Shown one piece after another: positions 1 through 11,477 of a DNA stretch of 32,000 bases (position 1 is its first letter; every line of letters begins with the position of its first letter). Source of the stretch: Thermodesulfobacteriota bacterium (GTDB lineage: Bacteria > Desulfobacterota > WTBG01 > JAGOGO01); NCBI GenBank assembly GCA_026625185.1, contig CP113000.1, positions 3,132,651 to 3,164,650 of the forward strand, in the 5' to 3' direction. A program made the position numbers and the translations under genes. Below the pieces are notes generated by a model. It was not told the DNA's origin. It was given only the letters and a program-made list of their open reading frames with translations, and searched no databases.

Positions 1-994
1 CCAGTCCCTCGATGCTTCTAAGCATTGCAATCTGAGTATCGTAAGGCAGGCTGGTTGCGACACCATTAGGATAGTATTCATTGGTTTGGATCCCATCGGG
101 TTCTAAAAAGATCTGGTGTCGTTCCTTATCAGAGAAACGAACTATCTTATCTTCAATTGAAGGACAATATCTCACCCCAGTACCCTCAATAATCCCTGTA
201 TAAAGAGGTGACCGATCAAATCCGGTCTGAATTATTTTGTGGGTTTTATGATTGGTATAGGTAATATAGCAAACTGCTTGATTATTCAGTTGATTAATTG
301 TTGAAAACGAAAAAGGAATTGGTGCATCATCTCCCGCTTGAGGGGTAAGTCTTGAAAAATCAATGCTTTTCCCATCAAGACGCGGAGTGGTACCCGTTTT
401 GAACCGTCCAATTTCAAAGCCCAGTTCTTTAAGCTGTTGAGGAAGAGCAATCGAGGGAAAATCTCCCATCCGACCAGCCGGAAAGTTTACTAAACCGATG
501 TGAATAAGACCATTAAAGAATGTTCCGGGTGTTATTACTACCGACTTTCCAACGAAACCTTCTTCAGTGTGAGTCTTTATCCCATAGACCGTGCTGTTTT
601 TTATGAGCACATGGTCAACCATGGATTGTTTAAGGTCTAAGTTTGGCTGTCTTTCTAAGACCGTTTTCATATAAAGTCGATAATCTTGCCGGTCTATTTG
701 GGCTCGGGAGGAGCGGACTGCTGGACCTTTTTTAGTGTTTAACCGTCGAAATTGAATGCCCGTGTGGTCCGCCGCTTTTCCCATTTCTCCGCCTAATGCA
801 TCAATTTCTTTGACTATTTGTCCTTTCGCAAGACCGCCGATAGCAGGATTACACGACATGAGGCCGGCATTGTCTATATTCATGGTGATCAGCAGAGTGG
901 AACAGCCTATCCGGGAAGAGGCTAACGCAGCTTCACACCCCGCATGCCCCCCCCCAATAACAATAACATCATATTCTTTCGGATAAAAAATCAT
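1..994 (-). CDS. mnmG: tRNA uridine 5-carboxymethylaminomethyl modification enzyme MnmG/GidA, N-terminal part (gene continues past the window start)
   Basis: Absent from the ORF track because it is open at the window edge. My reverse-complement translation from the ATG (994-992) reads MIFYPKEYDVIVIGGGHAGCEAALASSRIGCSTLLITMNIDNAGLMSCNPAIGGLAKGQIVKEIDALGG... This is the FAD-binding GGGHAGCEAA N-terminus typical of MnmG. The frame stays open to position 1. Confidence 0.9.
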   Translation of the reverse strand, partial: MIFYPKEYDVIVIGGGHAGCEAALASSRIGCSTLLITMNIDNAGLMSCNPAIGGLAKGQIVKEIDALGGEMGKAADHTGIQFRRLNTKKGPAVRSSRAQIDRQDYRLYMKTVLERQPNLDLKQSMVDHVLIKNSTVYGIKTHTEEGFVGKSVVITPGTFFNGLIHIGLVNFPAGRMGDFPSIALPQQLKELGFEIGRFKTGTTPRLDGKSIDFSRLTPQAGDDAPIPFSFSTINQLNNQAVCYITYTNHKTHKIIQTGFDRSPLYTGIIEGTGVRYCPSIEDKIVRFSDKERHQIFLEPDGIQTNEYYPNGVATSLPYDTQIAMLRSIEGL

Positions 995-1099
995 CCTGTC
1001 GCACCTATGACAATGTTTTTTAATCAGCTTGATTAATTTTTAAATTTCAATATATTCAATAATATCAAAGAAATTTAAAAAAACAACGTTAAATTACTA

Positions 1100-1128
1100 T
1101 TGACAATTTAATAAATAACAACTAAAAT
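1100..1128 (+). promoter_or_regulatory. candidate sigma70-type promoter upstream of dnaJ
   Basis: TTGACA (1100-1105), 17 nt, then TAAAAT (1123-1128), inside the very AT-rich ~290-bp divergent mnmG/dnaJ spacer. This is a sequence match only. Confidence 0.3.
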
Positions 1129-1248
1129 TATTTGTTTAAATAAATCAAAGCAATCTAGTCTATTTTATTACTCTATTTTCCCAAGCACCCACTTCCCTTC
1201 TTAATTTTCTCAAAAAATATAGAAAATCAAAAATAAGGGGAGTGGTAA

Positions 1249-2388
<1,140 letters not shown>

Positions 2389-2620
2389 AAAGCAGGAATA
2401 ACATCTTTATAAAAAGATTTTCGTTTTTCTTCTTGTGAATTTCTGGCCACGTAAAATCTTCTGACCTTCTGGAAGTCTTAACGTAACCCACGTAAAATTT
2501 ATCATTTCTCGCCAAAGTGATTAAAATAAAGTTTTCGGTGAGGCCATCCATGGATGGATACTGTTTTTTAAGGAAGATTATTCCCAGGAAGAGACCTCTG
2601 TTGATATTAAGGAGCGATGT

Positions 2621-2881
2621 ATGCGGTATTGGTTTTTGATAATCATTTTAATTATTACTTTTGCTTGTTCAAAGCAGGAGAGTAAAATTTCCTTGTCCAA
2701 TCCTGAGGAGCCCACCCGGGAAGAATTGCGCAACGCTATGCGTTTTCACGGCATCTTGATTGCGAAACAAGATGAAAACCACGAATGGTATTTTATGCGC
2801 GAGGGAAAGCGTTGTCCACTCTTTGCTTATTTAAAAAAACAGCGCAATAAACAAAACAACGCATCTGAAAATAACTCTTAA
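2621..2881 (+). CDS. small hypothetical exported protein (possible lipoprotein)
   Basis: A strong SD (AAGGAG) lies 6 nt before the ATG. The N-terminus is hydrophobic (MRYWFLIIILIITFAC) and ends in Cys, a non-canonical lipobox. No recognisable domain. Confidence 0.5.
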   Translation: MRYWFLIIILIITFACSKQESKISLSNPEEPTREELRNAMRFHGILIAKQDENHEWYFMREGKRCPLFAYLKKQRNKQNNASENNS

Positions 2882-2994
2882 GCTTTTCCGGATTTCGCTC
2901 TCACTGAGAAAAGTCTTAGAATCCACCTGATCGGTCAAAATGAAAGGGGGCAAAACTTTTTTGTATCGGACCGCTTATAAGGGAAAGGTTGTTT

Positions 2995-4224
2995 TTAGTG
3001 ATTTTCCAGTTCAAAGATGTGATCTAATACTTGAACCCTTACTTTTTCTCCAGCCTTAATTTCCTTCTTATCCTCAGTTACCACCATTAATCCATTGGCC
3101 TGAATCATGGATTTAAGAATACCTGATCCTTGATCACCAGTGGTGGTAGCGCAGAGGACTCCCTCTCGAAAGCCTAAACGAACCCTGATAAAAAAACGGA
3201 GGTCCTTTTTTGTTTTCACATCATCAACCAAAACTGCTTCAATCTGAGATCGGAACAGATGCGTGTGCCCCATTTTTTTAAGCAGCGCGGGCCGAACAAA
3301 CTGTTCAAAACAAACCATGCAAGAAACCGGGTTGCCGGGCAGTCCAAAAATTAGTTTATCAGCAACAAGACCAAACGCTGTGGGTTTTCCGGGTCTCATC
3401 GCTACGTTCCAGAATTTTAATTCGCCACCTATATCCTCCAAAACATCTTTGACAAAATCATATTCTCCGACGGAAACGCCGCCGGTGGTAAGCATAACAT
3501 CAGCAGAAAGCCCCTGGGTGATTTTTGCCAAAATCTCCCTTTTATCATCCCTTGCAATCCCCAACATGAGGGGCACAGCTCCGCATTCTTTAACCTGGGC
3601 AGCGAGAGAATAGGTATTGCTGTTTATAATTTTCGACGAGTCTCCCTCTTCATCTATATCGATTAACTCATCTCCAGTAGAGAGAATCGCTACCGTGGGT
3701 ACCTGATAGACCGCAATAAAACTTTTCGAAAAAGAAGCAAGCATACCAATATGAGGGGGCCGGATAACTGTTCTCGCCTGAATAACCTTTTCCCCTCGCA
3801 TGACATTCTCGCCCGCGAGTCTGATATTTTCTCCTTTGTTCGGAGGTGCCAAAATGTAAACGTTATCTCCTGAAAACGAGGTGTCTTCCTTTCTCACTAC
3901 CGAATCTGCTCCTGGGGGGATCGGAGCGCCGGTCATAATATGGGTAGCTTGCATAGGTCCTACTTGGTTTTTGGGTAAAAACCCGGCCGGGAGCTCCTCA
4001 ATGACTTTTAATGTGGTTGGTTTATCAAAAGAAGCATTTTTTATATCATCAAACCGGACCGCATACCCATCCATCGCTGAGTTGTTCCATGGAGGGATGT
4101 TAAATGGGGCAATAATCTCTTCCCCGATCACTCTTCCGAGTGACGTGAGCAGATCAACCTTCTCAAGACTCATGACGTGAGTATGGCTCAAAACAATACG
4201 TTGGGCTTCATCAACGCTAATCAT
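2995..4224 (-). CDS. moeA: molybdopterin molybdenumtransferase MoeA
   Basis: MoeA-type sequence (NSAMDGYAV, TGGVSVGEYD, LPGNPVS). The ORF track extends to a TTG at 4257. I prefer the ATG at 4224 (MISVDEAQRIV...), which resembles typical MoeA N-termini. The start remains uncertain. Confidence 0.9.
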   Translation of the reverse strand: MISVDEAQRIVLSHTHVMSLEKVDLLTSLGRVIGEEIIAPFNIPPWNNSAMDGYAVRFDDIKNASFDKPTTLKVIEELPAGFLPKNQVGPMQATHIMTGAPIPPGADSVVRKEDTSFSGDNVYILAPPNKGENIRLAGENVMRGEKVIQARTVIRPPHIGMLASFSKSFIAVYQVPTVAILSTGDELIDIDEEGDSSKIINSNTYSLAAQVKECGAVPLMLGIARDDKREILAKITQGLSADVMLTTGGVSVGEYDFVKDVLEDIGGELKFWNVAMRPGKPTAFGLVADKLIFGLPGNPVSCMVCFEQFVRPALLKKMGHTHLFRSQIEAVLVDDVKTKKDLRFFIRVRLGFREGVLCATTTGDQGSGILKSMIQANGLMVVTEDKKEIKAGEKVRVQVLDHIFELENH

Positions 4225-4276
4225 GGCTACACCAGAATTCCTCATTACGAGTGACAAAAAAATATTTGCGGAATTT

Positions 4277-5200
4277 TTAGTATCTTCTTTTTTTCTTGCC
4301 CTTAAACTTATCTTCCCACAATATTACCACGGGACTTGCAATATAAAGGGTAGAATACGTTCCCGAAATACATCCAACCAACATGGCAAAAGCAAAATCA
4401 TGGATAACCCCGCCACCAAATAAAAGCAATGCTACAACACCCAATAAAACTGTTCCGGTTGTGATAATTGTGCGGCTGAGTGTTTCATTAATGCTCTGGT
4501 TAATAATCTCCGGTAACAAAGCATTCGGAGCTTTACGGCGATTTTCTCGAACCCGATCATAGATGACAATCGTATCATTAATCGAAAAACCAATAATGGT
4601 TAGTAACGCAGCAACTATGGTAAGATCTATTTCCCGGTTAGTAATTGAAAACGCTCCCAATGTTATCATTACATCATGTGCCAGGGCAACGATTCCACCC
4701 AGGCCAAAGCTAAAATGTTTAAAGCGAAAAGCTACATAGATAAGCATCATCACCCAGGAAATGACCACCGCCCATAACCCTTTTTTCCGGAGGTCTTTAC
4801 CGACTTTGGGACCTACGGTCTCAACTTTTCGAATCTCAAAGCCCCCTTTCCCAAATTTTTTTGATAACACTTGACTGAGTGATGCCTGAATGTTTTCAAT
4901 ATCAAGGTTTTCTTTGCCTGATTGAATCTGGAATTCATTCTGACCTTTTTCAATAAACTCTTGAACAGTACAATTAGTTAAATTTAGGGTTTGAATTCCA
5001 CTCTTGATTTCAGCAGCAGTTACCGGTTGAGAAAATTTTGCCCTGACGGAGATTCCACCGGAAAAGTCAACCCCGTAGCGGGGTCCATTATGAATGATTA
5101 AGGAGATGATAGTGATCAGGATCAAAATACTTGAAAAAGCAAGGGCGTAAATTTTTTTCCCGATAAAATCAATATTAGTTTTAATCCGAAAAAATTCCAT
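4277..5200 (-). CDS. secF: protein translocase subunit SecF
   Basis: Multi-TM protein of 307 aa (GVDFSGG, FSINDTIVIYDRVREN) directly downstream of secD. Confidence 0.95.
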   Translation of the reverse strand: MEFFRIKTNIDFIGKKIYALAFSSILILITIISLIIHNGPRYGVDFSGGISVRAKFSQPVTAAEIKSGIQTLNLTNCTVQEFIEKGQNEFQIQSGKENLDIENIQASLSQVLSKKFGKGGFEIRKVETVGPKVGKDLRKKGLWAVVISWVMMLIYVAFRFKHFSFGLGGIVALAHDVMITLGAFSITNREIDLTIVAALLTIIGFSINDTIVIYDRVRENRRKAPNALLPEIINQSINETLSRTIITTGTVLLGVVALLLFGGGVIHDFAFAMLVGCISGTYSTLYIASPVVILWEDKFKGKKKRRY

Positions 5201-5220
5201 AGTAACTATCCTTTCCGTTT

Positions 5221-6822
5221 TTAGATGCTTACGCTCTTAACCTTTTTGACTAAAACAAAATAATCAAACACCACCCGGGTTACGAATATAGCCGTGAAGA
5301 AACTCGCCATAATTCCAACGCACAAAGTCACGGCAAACCCTTTCACCGGACCCGTGCCAAACTGAAAAAGAATGGCAGCGGCAAGCACGGTGGTAAGGTT
5401 GGAATCGAAAATCGCGGAAAAAGCTTTCGCGTAACCTGCGTCTACCGAAGCCCAGATGGTTTTCCCGGCGCGCAGCTCCTCCCGGATACGTTCAAAGATA
5501 AGGACATTAGCGTCCACCGCCATACCGAGGGTGAGCACAATTCCCGCGATACCAGGAAGAGTGAGAGCAGCCTCAAAACCTGCTAATACCGCAAAAATAA
5601 TAACCATGTTGAGGACAAGAGCAAGATCAGCAATCAAGCCGGATAATTTGTAATAAAAAACCATAAATAATAATACGAGGAGGCTTCCGATAACGGTAGC
5701 GCGAATCCCTTGATCAATAGAATCCTTACCGAGTGAGGGCCCCACGGTTCGTTCTTCTAAAATTTTGATTGGCGCTGGCAGAGATCCTGCTCGTAAAACG
5801 ATCGCCAGGTCTTTGGCCTCCTCTAAGGTAAAGCTTCCCTCAATCTGCGCCCGGCCTCCTCCAATCGGTTCCCGAATGACCGGAGCTGATTTAACAACAT
5901 TATCGAGAACAATGGCGAGCCTTTTCCCCACATTATTTGTGGTTACCGTTTTAAAAATCTTTGCCCCTTTAGCATTAAACTTAATTGAAACATAGGGTCG
6001 ATTATACTGGGCGCTATCAATTTGGGGTTGGGCGTCAACCAGCATATCTCCGGTCAAAAGTGTTCTTTTCTTTACCAGTAGAGGTGTCCGGGCGGTCACT
6101 ATTCCGGTTTCTTTATCCACTGTTTCTTCATAAAGAATTTCATTTTCCGGAGGAACTCTTCCTTCGAGCGCTTTCTGCACACTGTCTTCATCATTTACCA
6201 GCTTGAACTCTAACATCGCCGTCTGTTTGAGTAACCTTTTTGCTCGTTCCGGATCACTGAGGCCGGGCAATTGAATGAGAATCCGGTCCTCCCCCTGGCG
6301 CTGAATATTTGGTTCGGTCACCCCAAACTGGTCAATCCGATTCCGGATAGTCTCGAGAGCTTGTTTTACTGCCGAGTCCTTGACCGAGCGGATTTCATTT
6401 TTATCCAACCCGAAAAGCGGCCGATAAAAGTTCTCGCCGGTTTCAGGTTTCAGGCTGGAGAGCGCGGGGAAGTTTTTTTTCATGACCTCGGCAAATTTTT
6501 CATTGTTAGATTGATCCAGTAATTCGACGGCAATGGTTTGACCCTTACGGAGGGTAATCTCAATAAAAGGTATCTTTTCTTCATCGAGCACCTCTTCCAG
6601 CGTCTGGACATACTGACTGAGAGTATTTTCAATCGCTTTATCCGTTTGAACTTCTGTAATGAGGTGCATTCCTCCTTGGAGGTCTAATCCAAGATGAATT
6701 TTATCTACATTATCCTTCCACCATGGAGGGAGATTATCGGTAATCGAAGGAATTAAATAAAAAATGCCGGCCACAATAGAAAGTATAACTAAAACAGCTC
6801 GCCACGTTAAATTCCTCACCAT
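5221..6822 (-). CDS. secD: protein translocase subunit SecD
   Basis: 533 aa with LGLDLQGGMHL and MAVDANVLIFERIREE motifs, in the classical yajC-secD-secF order. Confidence 0.95.
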   Translation of the reverse strand: MVRNLTWRAVLVILSIVAGIFYLIPSITDNLPPWWKDNVDKIHLGLDLQGGMHLITEVQTDKAIENTLSQYVQTLEEVLDEEKIPFIEITLRKGQTIAVELLDQSNNEKFAEVMKKNFPALSSLKPETGENFYRPLFGLDKNEIRSVKDSAVKQALETIRNRIDQFGVTEPNIQRQGEDRILIQLPGLSDPERAKRLLKQTAMLEFKLVNDEDSVQKALEGRVPPENEILYEETVDKETGIVTARTPLLVKKRTLLTGDMLVDAQPQIDSAQYNRPYVSIKFNAKGAKIFKTVTTNNVGKRLAIVLDNVVKSAPVIREPIGGGRAQIEGSFTLEEAKDLAIVLRAGSLPAPIKILEERTVGPSLGKDSIDQGIRATVIGSLLVLLFMVFYYKLSGLIADLALVLNMVIIFAVLAGFEAALTLPGIAGIVLTLGMAVDANVLIFERIREELRAGKTIWASVDAGYAKAFSAIFDSNLTTVLAAAILFQFGTGPVKGFAVTLCVGIMASFFTAIFVTRVVFDYFVLVKKVKSVSI

Positions 6823-6853
6823 CTTTTCAACTCCTTGTTTGTGTTAAACTGCC

Positions 6854-7177
6854 TCATTCTGATTTTATTTCACTGTATCCCAAAACCTGATCGCGAGAAA
6901 CTTTTATTTTTACATTGGGGGCAATTTCCAGAGTAACAATATTATCTGTAAGACCGGTAATTTTTCCATGGATACCGCTGCTGGTTACCACGGTTTTCCC
7001 CTTTTCCAGTTCTTTTAAAAAATCCCGGTGCTTTTTGATTTTTCTTTGTTGAGGAAGAATCAGGAGGAAATAAAAAATGACAAAGATAATGATTAAAGGA
7101 AGAAATTGCATTAACCCTGCCGGTTGTCCTCCACCGCCATTTCCTGCAGTACCTAAAGCATAAGCGATACCAAACAT
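6854..7177 (-). CDS. yajC: preprotein translocase subunit YajC
   Basis: 107 aa with a single TM segment followed by the QQRKIKKHRDFLKELEKGKTVVTSSGIHGKI core. Located upstream of secD. Confidence 0.9.
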   Translation of the reverse strand: MFGIAYALGTAGNGGGGQPAGLMQFLPLIIIFVIFYFLLILPQQRKIKKHRDFLKELEKGKTVVTSSGIHGKITGLTDNIVTLEIAPNVKIKVSRDQVLGYSEIKSE

Positions 7178-7275
7178 TACTATACCTCCGCCGGTTAAAA
7201 AGTTAATCAGTTATTACTCAATATTTTTTGTTCTAAGAAACCTCTTGGTTAGGAAACCCCACCGGGGGTAAAATC

Positions 7276-8448
<1,173 letters not shown>

Positions 8449-8505
8449 TCAGAAGCCAGGAGTCAGAAACCAGAAATAATTTTTAGCCTCCTGAATTCTG
8501 ACTCC

Positions 8506-9552
8506 TCAAAGTATCAACATCGCATCCCCATAACTATAAAATCGATACTTTTTTGTAATCGCCTCATGATAAGCTCTAAAAATCATTTCCGTGCCCGCAA
8601 AAGCCGAAACCAGCATCAACAAGGTAGACCGAGGCAGATGGAAATTGGTAATCATTCCCTTAACCGCCCGGAACTCATACCCCGGATAAATAAAAAGGTC
8701 AGTAAAGCCGCATAAGGTGTTTTTTTTGCTTATCCAGGTTTCGAGGGCTCGCGCTGACGTGGTACCACACGCGATAATCCTTTGTCCATGTTCAATACCA
8801 CTCGTAATCTTTTTCGCAGTCTCAGGGCTTATTTTATAATATTCGCTATGCATCCGATGGACTTCAACCTTATCTACCCGGACGGGTTGAAAAGTACCTA
8901 CCCCCACATGAAGCGTGAGAGAGACGACCTCAATCCCCTTTTTTTTTATCCGGTTTATAACCCGGTTGGTAAAATGCAGGCCGGCTGTCGGAGCAGCGGC
9001 AGAGCCACGATTCCGGGCAAAAATTGTTTGATAACGAGCGCGGTCAAAAGGTTCCTGGTTGTCATGTTCTCTTTTAATATAAGGAGGAAGCGGTGTTTTT
9101 CCGATCCGTTCTAAAACTTCCTCAAGATCACCGGCGTAGATTAACTCAATATCCCAAAGCCCTTCTTTTTTTTGCTTAACCACCCGGGCGTTAAGCTCTG
9201 GCCCAAAGAAAAGGGTTGATCCGATCTGCGGATTTTTTGAACAATCGATTAGCGCTTCCCAAATATTTTTTTCTTTAGGGTATTCCAAGGCATTTAGGGG
9301 CTGGAGAAGCAAAACCTCCACCTTCCCTCCTGTCTCCTTATGGCCAATAATCCTTGCCGGCCTTACCTTGGTGTCGTTTACAACGACAATATCTCCAGAA
9401 TTTAAGTAATTATCAACTTCCGCAAAAATAGCGTGTTCAATTTTCTCTTCTTCACGAAAAACAACCATGAGCCGGGATGCATCCCTCTCTGGAGCGGGAG
9501 CCTGAGCTACAAATTCTGGAGGCAAGTGATAATCAAATTCATTAACCAGCAT
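8506..9552 (-). CDS. queA: S-adenosylmethionine:tRNA ribosyltransferase-isomerase
   Basis: N-terminus FDYHLPPEFVAQAPAPERDASRLMVV and the PTAGLHFT motif. The gene sits upstream of tgt, as in the E. coli queA-tgt-yajC-secDF cluster. Confidence 0.95.
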   Translation of the reverse strand: MLVNEFDYHLPPEFVAQAPAPERDASRLMVVFREEEKIEHAIFAEVDNYLNSGDIVVVNDTKVRPARIIGHKETGGKVEVLLLQPLNALEYPKEKNIWEALIDCSKNPQIGSTLFFGPELNARVVKQKKEGLWDIELIYAGDLEEVLERIGKTPLPPYIKREHDNQEPFDRARYQTIFARNRGSAAAPTAGLHFTNRVINRIKKKGIEVVSLTLHVGVGTFQPVRVDKVEVHRMHSEYYKISPETAKKITSGIEHGQRIIACGTTSARALETWISKKNTLCGFTDLFIYPGYEFRAVKGMITNFHLPRSTLLMLVSAFAGTEMIFRAYHEAITKKYRFYSYGDAMLIL

Positions 9553-9565
9553 AAGAATATTTAAA

Positions 9566-9703
9566 GTAAACCGCGTTAGAAGGGTTTCACACGGGGCATT
9601 TACCAGGTGTGAAAAGTGTAAAAATTTTTAAATTTATCCCGTGCTTCTTCACACTTTAGATAGTTGATACCAAAAAGGCCTTTCTAACGGGGTAAAAGTT
9701 TTT
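9566..9703 (+). repeat. intergenic repeat family 1, full-length copy A (core 9571-9692, terminal inverted repeats)
   Basis: The left end CCGCGTTAGAAGGG (9571-9584) is the inverted complement of the right end CCTTTCTAACGGGG (9679-9692). The internal blocks TTTCACAC, CATTTACC, GTGTAAAAAT, ATTTATCCCGTG, TTCACAC and TAGTTGATACC align with copy B (11546-11670) and partly with copy C (15594-15656). Confidence 0.85.
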
Positions 9704-9851
9704 AATTCTTAACAAATTAAGGTATTAATTTCAAGGAGAAAAAACAGGGAAAGACAAAAAATAAGATCAAATACTTAAAAACTTCGTTCTGAGCCTATAT
9801 TGTTGGGGGGTTATTTCAAGAAATAATGAACGAAACGCGAAATGATGAGGC

Positions 9852-10349
9852 CTATTTCTTAGGTTTTGTGGTTCCTTCCCAGATAAATCTCCCGCTTTTT
9901 CCTCCAGATTTTTCCTTCAGGTGGATATCGGAAATAGTCATACCCCGGTCAACTGCTTTGCACATATCATAAATCGTGAGCGCAGCTACTGCAACCGCGG
10001 TAAAAGCCTCCATTTCCGCTCCGGTTTTTCCCTTGATTTTAACCGTGGCTCTAATATCAATCCGGCTTTTTCCCCTCACCGGGGAAAAGTCAACCTGAAC
10101 ACTGGTTATTGCAAGAGGATGACACAGAGGGATTATGTCAGGAGTCCTTTTCGCCCCCATAATTCCAGCAATCCGGGCCGCTCCTAACACATCTCCTTTG
10201 CTGATCTTTTTATCTATTATAAGGCGGAAAGTTTCGGGTTTCATAAATATAGAGCCACATGCAGTTGCTTCCCGCAAGGTCTCATCCTTTTTACTCACAT
10301 CCACCATTATTGCCTTCCCGTGATCATCAAAATGGGTTAATTTCTTCAT
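9852..10349 (-). CDS. moaC: cyclic pyranopterin monophosphate synthase MoaC
   Basis: 165 aa of MoaC-type sequence ([42 protein letters not shown]). SD GGAGGG upstream. Directly downstream of moaA. Confidence 0.95.
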   Translation of the reverse strand: MKKLTHFDDHGKAIMVDVSKKDETLREATACGSIFMKPETFRLIIDKKISKGDVLGAARIAGIMGAKRTPDIIPLCHPLAITSVQVDFSPVRGKSRIDIRATVKIKGKTGAEMEAFTAVAVAALTIYDMCKAVDRGMTISDIHLKEKSGGKSGRFIWEGTTKPKK

Positions 10350-10436
10350 CTTCCCTCCATTTTGCCGGGGATCAGGGCTCAGTGGTCCGGGGTCAGCATT
10401 TCCTGATCCACACTCCCTGATCCCTGATCTTTGTTT

Positions 10437-11423
10437 TTATCCTCCGATCAGACTCATTGTCCGCTGGCACTTCTTGAAATGCGCTTCATGAATCTGATGT
10501 TGCTTGGGTTTTTTCTCGAGAGCATGGAGAAGTTTTTCGCGTAATTTTTCGTCATCGCAGCCGTTCCTTAAGAAAGGTTTAAGGTCTATCTCATCATCAT
10601 GAAAAAGACAGGTGCGCAAGTGTCCGTCTGCGGTTAAACGAATCCGGTTGCACAGGTGGCAAAAATGGCTGCTTATAGGATTTATGAAACCAATTTCTCC
10701 GAGGGAGTTTTTTAATTGATACCGAACTGCCGGGCCATCATTTTTTTCATCAGGCAAGGGAATTAATGTTCCCAGCTCTTGAATTTGTTCCTTAATGTGA
10801 GAGTTAGGATACACCAGCTCATGGTTCCATCGGCTCTCCCCAGCCGGCATATATTCAATAAATCTGACGACCAACGGAAAGTCGAGGGTAAGGCGGGCAA
10901 AATCGAAAACTTCCTTTTCATTTGTCCCGTTAATGATAACCACATTCAGTTTTACCGGAGATAATCCCACTGTTATGCATTCCTGTATCCCTGCCCAAAC
11001 ATCATGAAACTTATTTCTCCGGGTAATGCGAAAAAAGGTTTCCGGGTCGACCGCGTCCAAGCTGATATTGATCCTCTTTAAACCAGCAACTTTTAAAGGA
11101 CGGGCAAAATCCTTAAGCAAAACCCCGTTGGTGGTCATACTCAGATCTCTAATACCGGGTATTGCGGAAAGCTCGGTGATAAAATTAACAATACCTTTTC
11201 TCACCAATGGTTCTCCTCCGGTGATTCGAACCTTGTTAATTCCTTCTTGAGCATAGACCCTTACCAAACGAAGAATTTCTTCATATCGTAGAATATCCTC
11301 ATGATCAATAAGCGGTATTCCCTCTTCCGGCATACAGTATTGACATCGGAGGTTGCACCGGTCAGTAACCGAAATTCTTAAATAATTAATGGTGCGTTGA
11401 TATCGGTCTTTAAGAATTTTCAT
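10437..11423 (-). CDS. moaA: GTP 3',8-cyclase MoaA (radical SAM)
   Basis: INYLRISVTDRCNLRCQYCMP radical-SAM cluster motif and a C-terminal CxxCxR...C cluster (CHLCNRIRLTADGHLRTC). The track start at 11429 is a TTG. The ATG at 11423 (MKILKDRY...) is more likely. Confidence 0.95.
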   Translation of the reverse strand: MKILKDRYQRTINYLRISVTDRCNLRCQYCMPEEGIPLIDHEDILRYEEILRLVRVYAQEGINKVRITGGEPLVRKGIVNFITELSAIPGIRDLSMTTNGVLLKDFARPLKVAGLKRINISLDAVDPETFFRITRRNKFHDVWAGIQECITVGLSPVKLNVVIINGTNEKEVFDFARLTLDFPLVVRFIEYMPAGESRWNHELVYPNSHIKEQIQELGTLIPLPDEKNDGPAVRYQLKNSLGEIGFINPISSHFCHLCNRIRLTADGHLRTCLFHDDEIDLKPFLRNGCDDEKLREKLLHALEKKPKQHQIHEAHFKKCQRTMSLIGG

Positions 11424-11433
11424 AAGCAAAAAT

Positions 11434-11465
11434 AAAAAAAGCCGCCTTCCTTGCTAGGAACCGGC
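11434..11465 (-). terminator. hairpin plus U-tract between the riboswitch aptamer and the moaA start (candidate attenuator)
   Basis: The minus strand reads GCCGGTTCC-TAGCAA-GGAAGGCGGC followed by TTTTTTTATTTTT. The stem is GCCG/CGGC plus TTCC/GGAA with a small internal loop. Confidence 0.5.
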
Positions 11466-11477
11466 TCATTAACTTTT

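Noticed and set aside
947-955. A run of nine C (G9 on the coding strand) inside mnmG, considered as a possible slipped-strand phase-variation site.
   Set aside because: It encodes the conserved GGG of the FAD-binding GGGHAG motif in an essential housekeeping gene, and the frame is intact. There is no reason to invoke phase variation.
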